Below, in pieces: positions 1-10,379 of a stretch of 64,000 nucleotides of DNA (its first letter is position 1; every line of letters starts with the position of its first letter). This DNA is from Armatimonadota bacterium (GTDB lineage Bacteria; Armatimonadota; SYMT01). The stretch lies in contig JAWLHY010000006.1 in the NCBI GenBank assembly GCA_041690135.1, forward strand, positions 1 to 64,000. The letters run 5' to 3'. Below the pieces are notes generated by a model. That model saw only the letters and a list, made by a program, of their open reading frames with translations. It did not search any database and had not been told where the DNA came from. The position numbers were made by a program, and so were the translations under genes.

Positions 1-341
1 CGCCACTTGGCTGGGGGTCCTCAAACGTCCTCGCCAACCGAAAAGAGCTCCCCCGGACCCCTTGACATCCTCGTCAGGAGCTTAACTTGATGCCGATGGC
101 CTAAACCGCCGTATTCTTACCCGCTGTGCATTGCCCCCATCCGCCGTCTTCTACCCCAGCGATGCTCTATCCAGGGACCACCACAGGACCGAGGCTATCG
201 CTTTCCTTCCCCGGCTTGCAGTGCCACCTTGAGGGTGGCCTGCAACCGAGTGGGCAGGCGTGGCATTGAAGGAAATGGAGATAGGGACATCGAATGCGCT
301 GTTGAAGTTCCGGGTTCGTTGAGATGTTGAAGGAGGAGAAG

Positions 342-584
342 ATGGCAGGTGAGGAGCAGGATGCGACTTCCGGCACGGTGCGGAGCAAGGAGAAGTACAA
401 GAAGGCAGGGGGGGCGTGCGGAAAGGCTCTTGGAACTGTTATCGGTGCCAAGTTAGGTGCGGGTATCCCTATAGCAGGACCCGTGGCAGGGGCTGCGATT
501 GGCGGAAAGATCGGAAAGGCGGCAGGACGTCAGGCGGGGTCGGGCGTGCGCAAGGTCGTGAAGGTCGTGAAGAAGCTCTTCTGA
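342..584 (+). CDS. Small glycine-zipper, lysine-rich protein
   Basis: AGGAGG RBS before ATG 342; GxxxG repeats (GKALGTVIGAKLGAG, AGAAIGGKIG); cationic tail VRKVVKVVKKLF. Confidence 0.7.
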   Translation: MAGEEQDATSGTVRSKEKYKKAGGACGKALGTVIGAKLGAGIPIAGPVAGAAIGGKIGKAAGRQAGSGVRKVVKVVKKLF

Positions 585-608
585 TCGCCCTGACCGGTAG
601 TCCCCGGA

Positions 609-633
609 AAACTGCTCGCCAAGAGAGCAGTTT
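609..633. repeat. Palindromic site copy 1: AAACTGCTC-gccaaga-GAGCAGTTT
   Basis: Perfect 9-bp inverted arms, 7-bp spacer; related copies at 24688, 29344, 35779. Confidence 0.85.
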
Positions 634-655
634 CGCATCATCCGTTGCGCCTGGG

Positions 656-1264
656 TTATGCCGCCCAGGCCAGTTCTCCAGGTCCGGCAGACGCTTGCCG
701 CTCCCGCCACGCCGCGAACAGCCCGGCCTGCATTTCCAACGTCGCCACCAGAATCTCGAAGCTGGTGGGATTCAGGAGCGCGTCATTGAGGATCTCATAA
801 AGGTCGGCCTTCAGCGGAAAGCCCGTACCGTTACTCCGCATCCTCCGGGTCCCCGCCCGATAGAAGGCGGCATTCTCCAAGAACTCGATCTTGGTCGTCC
901 ACCCGCAGACGGTGAGCACGTTTGACCGCCTGTTCAACGAGCAGAAGATATATGCGTCCGTGGGAAAGTGGATCTGCGCGGCCTGCAGATTGTTGACGTA
1001 ATCCGTGCGGACGGGGACGTTCCGGCCCACCGTCTTCACGTCGATGCTCATCCCCTCGAACACGAAGTCCACTCCCCCATCCGACTGGCCGGAGTCGTTG
1101 GGGCGCGGGAGACCGAAGAGGTCCATGACGACCGTCTGCCCGATCAGGCCGGTGACCTGCTCGCTCACACTGCCGTCCGCAAAACCGCGCCTGCCGAACC
1201 GGCCCTCCCCCACGGCGGTGCGGGCGTGTTCGATCACATCCTGGGTTACTGCAACATGAAACAT
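656..1264 (-). CDS. PD-(D/E)XK-like (restriction endonuclease fold) protein
   Basis: 202 aa; motif DGGVDF..SIDVKT. Confidence 0.65.
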   Translation of the reverse strand: MFHVAVTQDVIEHARTAVGEGRFGRRGFADGSVSEQVTGLIGQTVVMDLFGLPRPNDSGQSDGGVDFVFEGMSIDVKTVGRNVPVRTDYVNNLQAAQIHFPTDAYIFCSLNRRSNVLTVCGWTTKIEFLENAAFYRAGTRRMRSNGTGFPLKADLYEILNDALLNPTSFEILVATLEMQAGLFAAWRERQASAGPGELAWAA

Positions 1265-1407
1265 CCAGAGCCCCTCCTCACAACCCCGAACTCTTCTCGC
1301 GTGAAGATTCTAACGGTGGAGTGTTAGGTCGGACCTTCTTATGGTCGGAGAGGGGCAAAGTCCCAGGTGGGAGAGACTTCAGGCTGAAGTCTACGGATGT
1401 GGAGAGC

Positions 1408-2073
1408 CTACCGACGCCCGCGCGGCCGAACCCGGCGAGAGGGCTGGGTGAGATCCTGCTGGCAATAGCGGCAGATCCGGGCTTCCCTCTTGACTGCCTC
1501 GGCGCACCAGGGGCACTTCATCTCGTCCGGCTTAACCCGGTCCGCGAGGGGTGTCACATACGCCAGGAACTTGTTGCTGGAGTGGCTGGCGACACCGGCA
1601 TGGCCGAACTCGAACAGCGTCTGCCGTTCAATTCCGGCGTTGTCCGTCCAGAAGATGGCAAGCGCAAACTCCGTGTGCTGTGTGGTTTTCGGCCGGGCCA
1701 GGGCAAAGGGACCCGCGAACAGTATCCCCAGGGCGCTCAAGCGCTGCAGGAGTTGTGTTGTCTTCGCGAACTCAATCCGCTGTACGGCATCGCGGGGGAT
1801 TTCGCAAAGCCGTTGTTCACCGTCATCAGCGAAGATGAACTCCTGCTCGGTCACGCGGCAGGTAACCTCGCCGAGGTAGCCCGTCGGAGTCGGGAGACCA
1901 AAGAGATGCTTGCCGCAATAGATCTCCTCCAGCACCTGGACGCCTCCCCACTGGCGCTCCCACTCGTCCGCCCGACGACTGGACCGACCCACCATGAAGT
2001 CCGCAATCCGGGCAACTGCTAATGCGCCGAGAACCGTAAGGGCGAGACCCAGGACGCCATGTAGGAATTCCAT
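1408..2073 (-). CDS. Membrane-anchored protein with C-terminal zinc ribbon
   Basis: N-terminal TM helix; CPWC..CRYC. Confidence 0.75.
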   Translation of the reverse strand: MEFLHGVLGLALTVLGALAVARIADFMVGRSSRRADEWERQWGGVQVLEEIYCGKHLFGLPTPTGYLGEVTCRVTEQEFIFADDGEQRLCEIPRDAVQRIEFAKTTQLLQRLSALGILFAGPFALARPKTTQHTEFALAIFWTDNAGIERQTLFEFGHAGVASHSSNKFLAYVTPLADRVKPDEMKCPWCAEAVKREARICRYCQQDLTQPSRRVRPRGRR

Positions 2074-2114
2074 ATAACCTACTCCATCCGACCGACACGA
2101 CCTACCCGGTCACA

Positions 2115-2927
2115 TCAAGCCGCATTACCTGGCCCCTCGTGCTCCGACCATAATTCTTCCCGGCGTGCGTCCTCTGCTATGAAGCGCCGCACGCGCTTGC
2201 CGCGCTCCTCGAACTCCGTCCAGGCCTCCACGCGGTGCTCTCTGTCGCGGTAGGCGAAGCGGTGCTCGGTCATGCGGCACGAACCTTCCGCAAAGCAAAG
2301 CAGGTGCTGGATTGCCTGCTCGCCTTCGCCCTGCCACATCTCCGAGTTCTCAACCACCAGGATTGTGCAACCGCCCCGGCCGAGTAGATTCAGGACCTCG
2401 CGGGTCTCGTGGGAGCCGTAGAGGCCGTCCAGAATCAAGAGCGGCGAAGGCTTTCCAGCATCTCGCTGCGCTGTCGCCCAGGGCTGCCACTCCTCTTCCA
2501 CCTGCGCCAGGCCGCTCCCGAAGGCGTTCAGCACGTACAGATTGTTCAGGCGCTCCAGGGCAGGCGCTGCGAGGATATCCGTGTAACGATCTGCCCCGAG
2601 CTTGACCCGAGTCTGCTCCACCCACTCCGGGAAGGTCCATTCCCCTTCCTGCCGCGCGAACACCCCAGGCGGCCGAAGGCGATACCGCTGGGCCAGTAGC
2701 TCGATAGCGTGGGTCTCCGGCTCCGCATCCCTGCGGTGATTGCGGAGACAGTAAAACACGGGCTGATCGTGCTCCAGGGTCAATGCCAGACCCGTGAGCA
2801 GCGCCGTAGTGGACTTCCCGGCCTCTCCGTGTCCGTAGAGCAGGAATAAGCGGGAGTCGGTGCCGGGATCGAGGAGATGCTCGACCAGCGCGGCGGAGGC
2901 GGCGAGAGTGTTGTTAGTCATCGTCAT
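2115..2927 (-). CDS. RecA/DnaB-like P-loop ATPase
   Basis: Walker A GHGEAGKST; Walker B-like LLILDG. Confidence 0.7.
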   Translation of the reverse strand: MTMTNNTLAASAALVEHLLDPGTDSRLFLLYGHGEAGKSTTALLTGLALTLEHDQPVFYCLRNHRRDAEPETHAIELLAQRYRLRPPGVFARQEGEWTFPEWVEQTRVKLGADRYTDILAAPALERLNNLYVLNAFGSGLAQVEEEWQPWATAQRDAGKPSPLLILDGLYGSHETREVLNLLGRGGCTILVVENSEMWQGEGEQAIQHLLCFAEGSCRMTEHRFAYRDREHRVEAWTEFEERGKRVRRFIAEDARREELWSEHEGPGNAA

Positions 2928-3124
2928 CTCTCTTCTGTTTTGGTGGGCGGGTCTACGTGGTAGTCATCCAGCCGCAACTGGCCGCACACGCTTTGGGCAT
3001 GGGGACCGGACTGCAAAGCAACTGCTCCCTTGCTGGTTGTGGTGGACGGGCGCAATGGGGGCAATGCGTGCCGCGAAACGGCACCGCACTGCAGCACGAG
3101 GGGCGACTTTGGTGGAAGAGCAGG

Positions 3125-3523
3125 CTAACTAGCTGAACGCTTTGGGGTCAATATGTCCAGGATGCTGATAGCCCGGAGGAGGGGTTGAGTCGATTTTGGG
3201 GACCTGCGGCGCTTGCGAGTCTCCTGCATTTCCTTTTGGCGGTCGCGCTGCTGCTTGTACTCGATCAGGTCCTCATAGAAGAACCGGTAGACCGGCCGGG
3301 CTGCGGTGCCCTCCACGATACTCTTGACCTTGCCGTCGCGGGCGTCCCGCCACATCTGGGTGCGGCCGTAGCCGACCAGCTTCGCAGCTTCCTGGATGCC
3401 GAGGACTCTCCCGCGTACGTCCACCCTGTTCGCCGGGTGGGGCTCAAGCAGTTGCTGGGACGGAGGGAGTTCTGCCGGTCGTCGGGTGGGGTCGGGCTCG
3501 TCGCAGGGATCGTGTCGTGCCAT
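3125..3523 (-). CDS. Excisionase-like helix-turn-helix protein
   Basis: LGIQEAAKLVGYGRTQMWRDARDGKV HTH_17-like motif; AGGAG RBS before ATG 3523. Confidence 0.7.
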   Translation of the reverse strand: MARHDPCDEPDPTRRPAELPPSQQLLEPHPANRVDVRGRVLGIQEAAKLVGYGRTQMWRDARDGKVKSIVEGTAARPVYRFFYEDLIEYKQQRDRQKEMQETRKRRRSPKSTQPLLRAISILDILTPKRSAS

Positions 3524-3679
3524 CGGTGGTCCACGTCTCCTCGGAGTGGGCACTCCAGCATCGTGCGTACTATTGTATGAATCCTCTGGAACTATACCGC
3601 CAATGCAATCTCCGGTCAAGCGCCGACTCGTACAACTGTACGCGGATGGGCACTCGGCTGCCAACCAAACTTCCCTTCA

Positions 3680-3982
3680 GTGGAGGCGGCGGCAGTGGCG
3701 ACCCCGGAGCCGGGCAAGATCTTTGGCGAGGTCCTGAAAGAAGTCCGGCGCGAGCGGGGCCTGACTCAGGAGCAACTCGCGGAGCGAAGTGGTTGTCACC
3801 GCGCCCACGTGAGTTGGATCGAACGTCAACGCCGCAGCCCTACGGTGGACATGATCTTCCAACTCGCTCGGGGCCTCGACGTGACCCCAAGCGAGTTGAT
3901 CCTCCGGGTGGAGCGCAAGATCATCAATTCCGACATCCAAGAGCGGTGCGACGGAAACCGCATCACTACCGAACGTCAGTAA
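3680..3982 (+). CDS. XRE-family transcriptional regulator
   Basis: FGEVLKEVRRERGLTQEQLAERSGCHRAHVSWIERQRRSPT; divergent from the xis-like gene. Confidence 0.9.
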   Translation: MEAAAVATPEPGKIFGEVLKEVRRERGLTQEQLAERSGCHRAHVSWIERQRRSPTVDMIFQLARGLDVTPSELILRVERKIINSDIQERCDGNRITTERQ

Positions 3983-4150
3983 GGTGGACGTCAGCCCCAA
4001 CGTCGTTCAGTGCCCGCTTTTCAGCTTACACCGCATCCTGCTTACGCTTAAAGAGCACTCCAACTCCACCGCTCGCGACTTGTCGATGCTGATCAGGAGA
4101 TCAGCACGCGCCACCGCGCCGATGCCTACGACGTCTAACAGGTAACGGCT

Positions 4151-4444
4151 TCAATCTTGGGCCTCGTCAACAGCATCACCGCCTTCGGAGTCGCTGAAGC
4201 GGTGGCCGTGCTGCTCCAGCCAATCCGCGATTTTCCGCAGCATTGTTACTGCTTCGTCCTGATCCGTGCCTGCAAGTATCCTGACGTCGATAGGTCGTTC
4301 GGAGTCGCTAATCTCCGACCAGACGCCCGTTCCGATGCAGTAGCCATCCTCATCTTGAAATGCCTCGTCATCGGGTTCTAGACCATGAGGCCAAGCGGAT
4401 ATGGTCATATACTTCCGGCAGGTCGTCCCCTCTATCTCATCCAT
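4151..4444 (-). CDS. Hypothetical acidic protein
   Basis: GAGGAG RBS before ATG 4444 (MDEIEGTT...). Confidence 0.55.
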   Translation of the reverse strand: MDEIEGTTCRKYMTISAWPHGLEPDDEAFQDEDGYCIGTGVWSEISDSERPIDVRILAGTDQDEAVTMLRKIADWLEQHGHRFSDSEGGDAVDEAQD

Positions 4445-4482
4445 CGAACTCTCCTCAATAATCCGTTCCAAGTTCGCAGGGG

Positions 4483-4880
4483 CTAGACCACTGCGAAGAC
4501 CTTCAGCACCTCGTCGCCGTAGTGGTTGATTACCTTCACGGCCATCTTCCCGCTCTTCGGCGGGTCGAAGGGGCGGCTGCGGGTCGCGTAGGGACCGGAC
4601 CACGCCGCCTCGTCGATCTCCGCCCGGAGCGCCCGCTTCAACTTCTCGTAGGGCTCGTCAGCGCCCGTGAAATAGGCGTGCCGCACGAAGAAGCTCTCCT
4701 CGTTGTAATCCCTGTCCAGAAACCAGCAGGCGATATCGTCGGTGCTGATGGAGCGGATCTCGCCGGTGGTGGGGTCGTAGACGTCCACCCCCGGATCTCC
4801 AGCACCACTTTGCACTCCGTCGTACGTTCCACCGCCACGTCCGGCTCTCCGAAAAGTATGACCAGGTTGCCTGCTCCGGT
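4483..4880 (-). pseudogene. mod: C-terminal remnant of Type III R-M methyltransferase, frameshifted at ~4790
   Basis: GNLVILFGEPD..LEIRG / VDVYDPTTGEIRS..DDIACWFLD..AVKVINHYGDEV; 1-nt deletion in a G run; 5' part missing. Confidence 0.85.
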
Positions 4881-4942
4881 CCAACGACTCAGCATCGTAG
4901 CGGGTCCTGACCAAGCTTCAGAGCATGGATGCCAACGACACG

Positions 4943-5707
4943 TCAGGAAAACCCGCCCTCTACGACCTGCAGTGGCGGCGGAAAGTGGATGCTCAACTGC
5001 ACGTCAGGTGGGGCTTCTGGCCGCATCATTTGGGCTGGTTCGCGGAGCAGGCTCTCCTGGAAAGGCTCCTGGCCGAGGACAATTAACTTCGGGCGACCCT
5101 GGAGAGCAGGCAGAAGCTCGTTCCAATCGAAATGCTGCGCAGCGACCTTCACGTGCTCCCAAACCAGAAGTTCCTTGCGGATAGCGAGGAGAAAGTGCCG
5201 CAAGAAGCCGAATTGCCGCTGCGTCATCTGGGGAGACGTGGTGCTCCGAGAGAGCAGCCAGATCCGCACGGTGTCCCAGGTGGGCCGTTCAGCAAGCTCT
5301 TTCATCAAGCCGGGATAGCCCTGTTCCAGGAGGCGGAGGTAAAGTGCCACGGGGTCATGCTGGTTGAGGTGCCAGAGTTCGATGACTGGTTGCCCCGCAC
5401 AGTCCAATAGCCCCAGGGTATAGAGCGTGTGGAGAAACCGCCCCGCGTTGCTCACCGCGAAGCGGTTCTGGATGAGCCACACAGTTGTGACGCGCGGTGG
5501 GAGCACCACGCCCCGATGCCGGACGGCGTAGAGGAACTCGAAGAAGGTCTGGATGGGGCCTTCCGCTGGGCGGCCGTGCCCCGCTGCCGACTCCGCCGGA
5601 CAGGCGTTGGGCAGCAGAAGGGAACATTGGCCTCGGTGGTCGGCAATTCCAAGCCTGATACCCGGACGAGGCTCCAGGTCGATTTCAACGGAAGGAACAG
5701 CAGCCAA
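4943..5707 (-). CDS. DUF5343-like winged-helix protein
   Basis: PPRVTTVWL..SNAGRFLHTLYTLGLLD..GQP and C-terminal VQLSIHFP; TTG start just after the methylase stop, with AGGAGG. Confidence 0.55.
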   Translation of the reverse strand: MAAVPSVEIDLEPRPGIRLGIADHRGQCSLLLPNACPAESAAGHGRPAEGPIQTFFEFLYAVRHRGVVLPPRVTTVWLIQNRFAVSNAGRFLHTLYTLGLLDCAGQPVIELWHLNQHDPVALYLRLLEQGYPGLMKELAERPTWDTVRIWLLSRSTTSPQMTQRQFGFLRHFLLAIRKELLVWEHVKVAAQHFDWNELLPALQGRPKLIVLGQEPFQESLLREPAQMMRPEAPPDVQLSIHFPPPLQVVEGGFS

Positions 5708-5709
5708 CG

Positions 5710-8700
5710 TCAGCCTCCTGTGCCGGTAAGTCGTCTCTCCTCCGCCGGTTCCACCACCCCCGGAGCCTCGGTCTTGCGTGGCCGGGGAGCTTGGACGCGC
5801 GGTGAGAGCCACCGATTGAACTGGCTCTTCGCTCCATCCTGCCACGCCTTGTAGTAGAAGAGCACCAGGTCCCGAGAACGATACTCCCCGTGTAGTCTAA
5901 CCTCGCTCTGCTGAAGTACGCGAAATGTCTCGCCGGGGAAACCCTTCGTCCGGGGAGCAATGGTCGGGTCTTCAGTGGGATCAAGAATTTCCTTAAGTTC
6001 GTTGTCGGTCAGGCCGCACGGGTCCAGCACATAGCGCGTTTGCTTCCGGCTCAATCCATACTTGTGGAAGAAAAAGGCATCCAGTTGTACGCGGAGATGT
6101 GTACGTTGCTCCTCATCCCACTGGAACGGTGGGCCGTTGTAACCGAGGTCACGCGCGAAGGGCTGTAAGTCCCAGGCAGTATAAACCAGTTGCAGCACCC
6201 GCTCCACGACAAACTCCACTTCGTCATCTGTGTAGGCACCGGCGTCCAGAACAGGAAGTTGCCGCAGGACCGTATACGTCAGGTGGACACCGCCAAGCTT
6301 CTGGCGCACTACATAATCGAAGACCAAACTGTTGAAGTTGGCAAGGATGCAAGCATATTGCCGCGCTCCGCACGAGGCTCCAAGTTGGATAACGGGCACG
6401 GTGTGGCCGATGCCGACACACGGTAAGACGGTAAAGATGGCGGTTCTAATATCCGTGGAGCGTGCGATATCTCGGAAGGCCAGCAACCAGCCTGGTCGGC
6501 GCTGCCAGATGAGTTCCCGTGCGATAGTGAGTAGGTCCTTACCGGACTGGACGACTGCCAGGTCGTCATCCGTAAGAGGGTATTCCTCCTCAATACGTTT
6601 GGCTTTTGGACCGGCAAGGAGCCAGTCCGCAAAGAGTTGCGGCGTCGAGTCCGAACATGATGCCCAGAAGTGCTTCCAGGCATGCTCCGCGCCCTCATCG
6701 TTGCCTCGGTTCATGTGATATCCGGCAAGCCAGAGACACAGCGTCTGCCCGACCGCCTTCTCACTCTTCAACCGGACGGCCTGAATAAGTGAGGCGGGCA
6801 CGAGCGAAGTGCGGAATACAACTTCCTCTTCGGGCACCCAATAGAAGGGTTGGACCAGGTAGTCGGGGTTCTTGTAATCCTCCAAGCGTGTTTGCGGGAG
6901 CGCCACGAAGCCTCGTTCTTCTCCGCGTGATGCATACGACCCGAAGCGGTGGTCGTACTGGTGTATCATCTTGGCTTCGTACAGCGGAACCATGCCGGGT
7001 CCAGGTTGAGTGGAGAAGAGGCCGCTGTCGTTTGCCATGTGGAGCATAGTGTTAAACGTAAGCGCCCAAGCGTTCTCACCAGTTCGCTCATTCCCCAGAA
7101 TCGGCACTTGCTTGTAGATATAGCTAGTTAGGTCGGCGTCAGCGCGAGTGCGGAAGACCGGACAGGTGCGGGTGTTCGGGTTGAGCCGTTCGAGGTCGCC
7201 AGGGGTGAGGACTATCCGTCGAGCAGGGTCATCCTTCTCGTCAATGGTGTACGCCAGCCAGCAGAACTCCATCCGCTCGGCCTTGAGGGCGCAGCCGAGT
7301 ATGGTGAGGCAACCGAAGGTCACGTAGTGCTCGACAGGCTTGGCAAAGAGATGTCGCTCATTCTTGAAGCCAAAGAAGCTCTCCAGGGAGTGGGCACGTA
7401 CCAGGTCGCCAAGGAAAGCTTTCGTGGTATCGTCCGTGGCGATACCGGTGGGAACGATGATGCCCGCACGTCCCCTCGGGTGGAGTAGTTGACGCGCCAG
7501 TTCGGAGAATAGGGCGTACGTATTCACGTCCCCAACTGCCGTGAGGGGGAACCGGCCACTCTTACGGAAGAACTTGCTCTGGGCCTCCGCGTCATGCTTT
7601 GCCGCGTCGAACCGCGCCACCCGCTCCCGCCAAGCAGGGTCTGTGCTCGCGCGGTAGCTCTCAATCCGCCGGGCACGCTCCGCTTTATTGGGAGCACCCG
7701 TCACGTACGGGTCGTCCACCCAATGCTCCTCTTCCTGGAGTTTGATCCGCTCCCAGGGAGGATTACCGAGCACCACGTCAAAGCCCCCGTCTCCGAAGAC
7801 TTCGGGGAACTCAAGGTGCCAGTGAAAGAACCGGTTCCGTACCGCCAGCCCGTTGACCTGACCGGCGAGGCGACCGTCCAACTTTCCGCGCTCCAGGTAG
7901 TCAATGAACCGCTCATGGGTCGGCAGTGCCGGGTCGTCCGCGTCCGTGAGAGATGCGAAGAAAGCGCCAGCCCACAGGTTCGCAGTCGTCCAGTCTCTCC
8001 ACCAACTTGCACCCTCACGCGCGAGGGTGTACTGGCGTGCCTTCTCCTGAACCTGGGAGGTGGACTCTTCCTCAAGCCGCAGGAGCTTGCGGAAGTGGTC
8101 CGGATATGCGCCGAGCCGGTCGAGGACTTGGGCCGAAAGTCCCTCGAACGACTTCTGCCCGGAGCGCCCCTGACGGTTCTGCTTCCTCACCGCAGCGGCC
8201 ACCGCCTTCACGTCGCCTGTAACAGCGCTGAAGGCTTCGTCGGGGATGCCCTCGGACAGAAGATCGGGGTCTAGCAGGCCGATGAGCGAGTTGCCGCACT
8301 TGATGCGGTGGTCCAGGAACCCAAGCGGCTTTCCGCGCCAGTGGCCCTCCAGCCAGAGTGCCACCTTGCACAGGTCCACGGCGAGCGGATTCATGTCCAC
8401 GCCGTAGATGCAGTGGGAAATCACGTCGCGGACTGCAAGACGGAACTGCTCGGGTGTCGGCTCTGCTTCCCCGGTCCGAGCACGCGCCAGTTCACGCCCA
8501 ATTCGACGCGCTGCTGCCAATAGAAAAGCCCCCGAGCCGCAGGCAGGATCGCAAACCTTTAGCGAGAGTAGTGCCCGCTCCCTCTCGGCGGCGGTGGCTG
8601 CGGCTTTCAGCCGCTCCTCCATCACAGGCTCCAGAGCGCTCTTAATTAGCTCCTGGACCAGTTCCGGGCGCGTGTAGTAGGAACCGGTCGTCTTCCGGTC

Positions 8701-10041
8701 GCTGCCGCTCACCAAATCGAAACTTGATTCCCCTGCCAGCGTCATGACGACCGGACGGTAGTCGAGGAGGCTCTCGTAGACACTTCCCAACTCTTCCACG
8801 TCGAGGGCCGCGTAGTTCACCCGGCGTCGGATGCTTCGCTCCTCGTAGAGGGACAGATGCCGCATCGCGGCCACCAACACACCGTTAGACAGGTGGGTGT
8901 CTTCTAGGTCCGGGATGGCGCTTGGTCCGAAGAGGTCGCCATCCAACCCGGATATCCCGAGGGGTGTACCCACCCCGTCCCGCTCGAAGAGCCGGAAGGT
9001 CGAGAGTAGCCCGAGCCAGAGGTCACTGTGTCGCTGTGTGCTGGTGAGCGTCTGCTCCGCCAGGGTCCGCAGTCGCGAGATGCTGTAGTGCCGCTGGTAA
9101 ACGCTCGTGCTGGCGCTCGTCGCCCCGTTCACCACCAGTCCGCGCTCTTCTGCAACCATCAGGAACAGGAGCCGGTACACGAGCCGCAGCAACTGGCGGT
9201 AGTACGCCTCCGCCGCCCGCTCGCCAGACCGCAGCCGGTCGCGGAGGCGTGTGTTGGCGGGATGGGCGAGGAACCCGTTCCCAAAAACCTTCAACGCCGC
9301 TTCTACACCATCGCGGAGCTTTTCGCGCACACGTCCGCCCTGTTCAATGCCTTCCTGGTAGTAGCCTTCTAGCAGGCATTGGGCAGCGTCGTCCGCCCCC
9401 TGGGGAAGGCGGGTCCGATGGAGCAGGCGGTAGAACACGCCGAACTCCGCGAACTTCTCCCCGGCCAGCATCGCCTCCAGGTCGAACTCCACGTAGGAGG
9501 GCCGCGTCATCCGGGAAGTGTCGCGCAGGAGCCGTAGCCGGGAGCCGTTGGTGACGACGCCCCACACGTGGTCGGTGCGGTTGAGGTACTCCTGCACTAG
9601 CGCGTGCGGCGAGAGTCGGGGCCGACCGGACGCGGGCCGCTCGTCCAGCTTCGCGCCGATCCCCACGATATGCACCGGCAGGGCCTCGTCACTCTCCCCG
9701 GCACGATGGGAAACGAAGAACGTCTGCCCCTCGATCAGCGCCGCCGAGCGCATCGTCGTCACCTGGGTGTACCCGAGAGAGCGCAGCAGCGGCACCACCC
9801 ACTGCTCGCGGGTCGGAGTAGTGGCCGGGTCGTGTTCGGACACCCGGCGGAGTGCCCGCTGGAGCGCATCCCAGTACGCACGGGCATCACTCCAGGCGGC
9901 GGCAATTTCATCCGTCAGGCGGCGATTCTTCTCCAGCCCGAAGTCTTCGGGACGCTGCCCCTTGGCTTCACACAGAGCGACCTGCTCCAGCAGTTCGGCG
10001 GGGAGCAGCCCTCCCTCAATCCTGACAGTCGAGAAGTTCAT
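5710..10041 (-). CDS. Type IIG / Eco57I-like N6-adenine methyltransferase (DrmMI-like)
   Basis: 1443 aa; GSYYT, CDPACGSGAFL (motif I), VLGNPPW (motif IV), C-terminal TRD-like region. Confidence 0.93.
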   Translation of the reverse strand: MNFSTVRIEGGLLPAELLEQVALCEAKGQRPEDFGLEKNRRLTDEIAAAWSDARAYWDALQRALRRVSEHDPATTPTREQWVVPLLRSLGYTQVTTMRSAALIEGQTFFVSHRAGESDEALPVHIVGIGAKLDERPASGRPRLSPHALVQEYLNRTDHVWGVVTNGSRLRLLRDTSRMTRPSYVEFDLEAMLAGEKFAEFGVFYRLLHRTRLPQGADDAAQCLLEGYYQEGIEQGGRVREKLRDGVEAALKVFGNGFLAHPANTRLRDRLRSGERAAEAYYRQLLRLVYRLLFLMVAEERGLVVNGATSASTSVYQRHYSISRLRTLAEQTLTSTQRHSDLWLGLLSTFRLFERDGVGTPLGISGLDGDLFGPSAIPDLEDTHLSNGVLVAAMRHLSLYEERSIRRRVNYAALDVEELGSVYESLLDYRPVVMTLAGESSFDLVSGSDRKTTGSYYTRPELVQELIKSALEPVMEERLKAAATAAERERALLSLKVCDPACGSGAFLLAAARRIGRELARARTGEAEPTPEQFRLAVRDVISHCIYGVDMNPLAVDLCKVALWLEGHWRGKPLGFLDHRIKCGNSLIGLLDPDLLSEGIPDEAFSAVTGDVKAVAAAVRKQNRQGRSGQKSFEGLSAQVLDRLGAYPDHFRKLLRLEEESTSQVQEKARQYTLAREGASWWRDWTTANLWAGAFFASLTDADDPALPTHERFIDYLERGKLDGRLAGQVNGLAVRNRFFHWHLEFPEVFGDGGFDVVLGNPPWERIKLQEEEHWVDDPYVTGAPNKAERARRIESYRASTDPAWRERVARFDAAKHDAEAQSKFFRKSGRFPLTAVGDVNTYALFSELARQLLHPRGRAGIIVPTGIATDDTTKAFLGDLVRAHSLESFFGFKNERHLFAKPVEHYVTFGCLTILGCALKAERMEFCWLAYTIDEKDDPARRIVLTPGDLERLNPNTRTCPVFRTRADADLTSYIYKQVPILGNERTGENAWALTFNTMLHMANDSGLFSTQPGPGMVPLYEAKMIHQYDHRFGSYASRGEERGFVALPQTRLEDYKNPDYLVQPFYWVPEEEVVFRTSLVPASLIQAVRLKSEKAVGQTLCLWLAGYHMNRGNDEGAEHAWKHFWASCSDSTPQLFADWLLAGPKAKRIEEEYPLTDDDLAVVQSGKDLLTIARELIWQRRPGWLLAFRDIARSTDIRTAIFTVLPCVGIGHTVPVIQLGASCGARQYACILANFNSLVFDYVVRQKLGGVHLTYTVLRQLPVLDAGAYTDDEVEFVVERVLQLVYTAWDLQPFARDLGYNGPPFQWDEEQRTHLRVQLDAFFFHKYGLSRKQTRYVLDPCGLTDNELKEILDPTEDPTIAPRTKGFPGETFRVLQQSEVRLHGEYRSRDLVLFYYKAWQDGAKSQFNRWLSPRVQAPRPRKTEAPGVVEPAEERRLTGTGG

Positions 10042-10060
10042 TTGCGGGGAGGAAGCGCTA

Positions 10061-10309
10061 CTAGCACGGCAGACCCGGCGGAAGAAGACAAATGCAGCAG
10101 GCTTCTTCGCCCTCGACGCGAAGCTTCACGAGGCACGGCAGCTTCACAACAGTTGCTAGATCGGTAGATTGGTCTACAACCAGCCGAAATGTCACTCGTT
10201 CTTGACCAGCCTCGGCCGCTCTGGCGAGCCGTTGGACGAATTCCACTGCATCTCTTGGTTCTACTGATCCTGCAAGTGCAATATCCACTAACTCTTTGTG
10301 AGTTGCCAA
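10061..10309 (-). CDS. Small hypothetical protein with Cys-rich C-terminus
   Basis: 82 aa; GAGGTG RBS and TTG start; ends EACCICLLPPGLPC; co-oriented inside the operon. Confidence 0.55.
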   Translation of the reverse strand: MATHKELVDIALAGSVEPRDAVEFVQRLARAAEAGQERVTFRLVVDQSTDLATVVKLPCLVKLRVEGEEACCICLLPPGLPC

Positions 10310-10379
10310 ACTTCACCTCTCATTTCGTTTAGAATTAACACGGAATATGAAACGCAGGCTACGAAGAACCTACCTGCCC

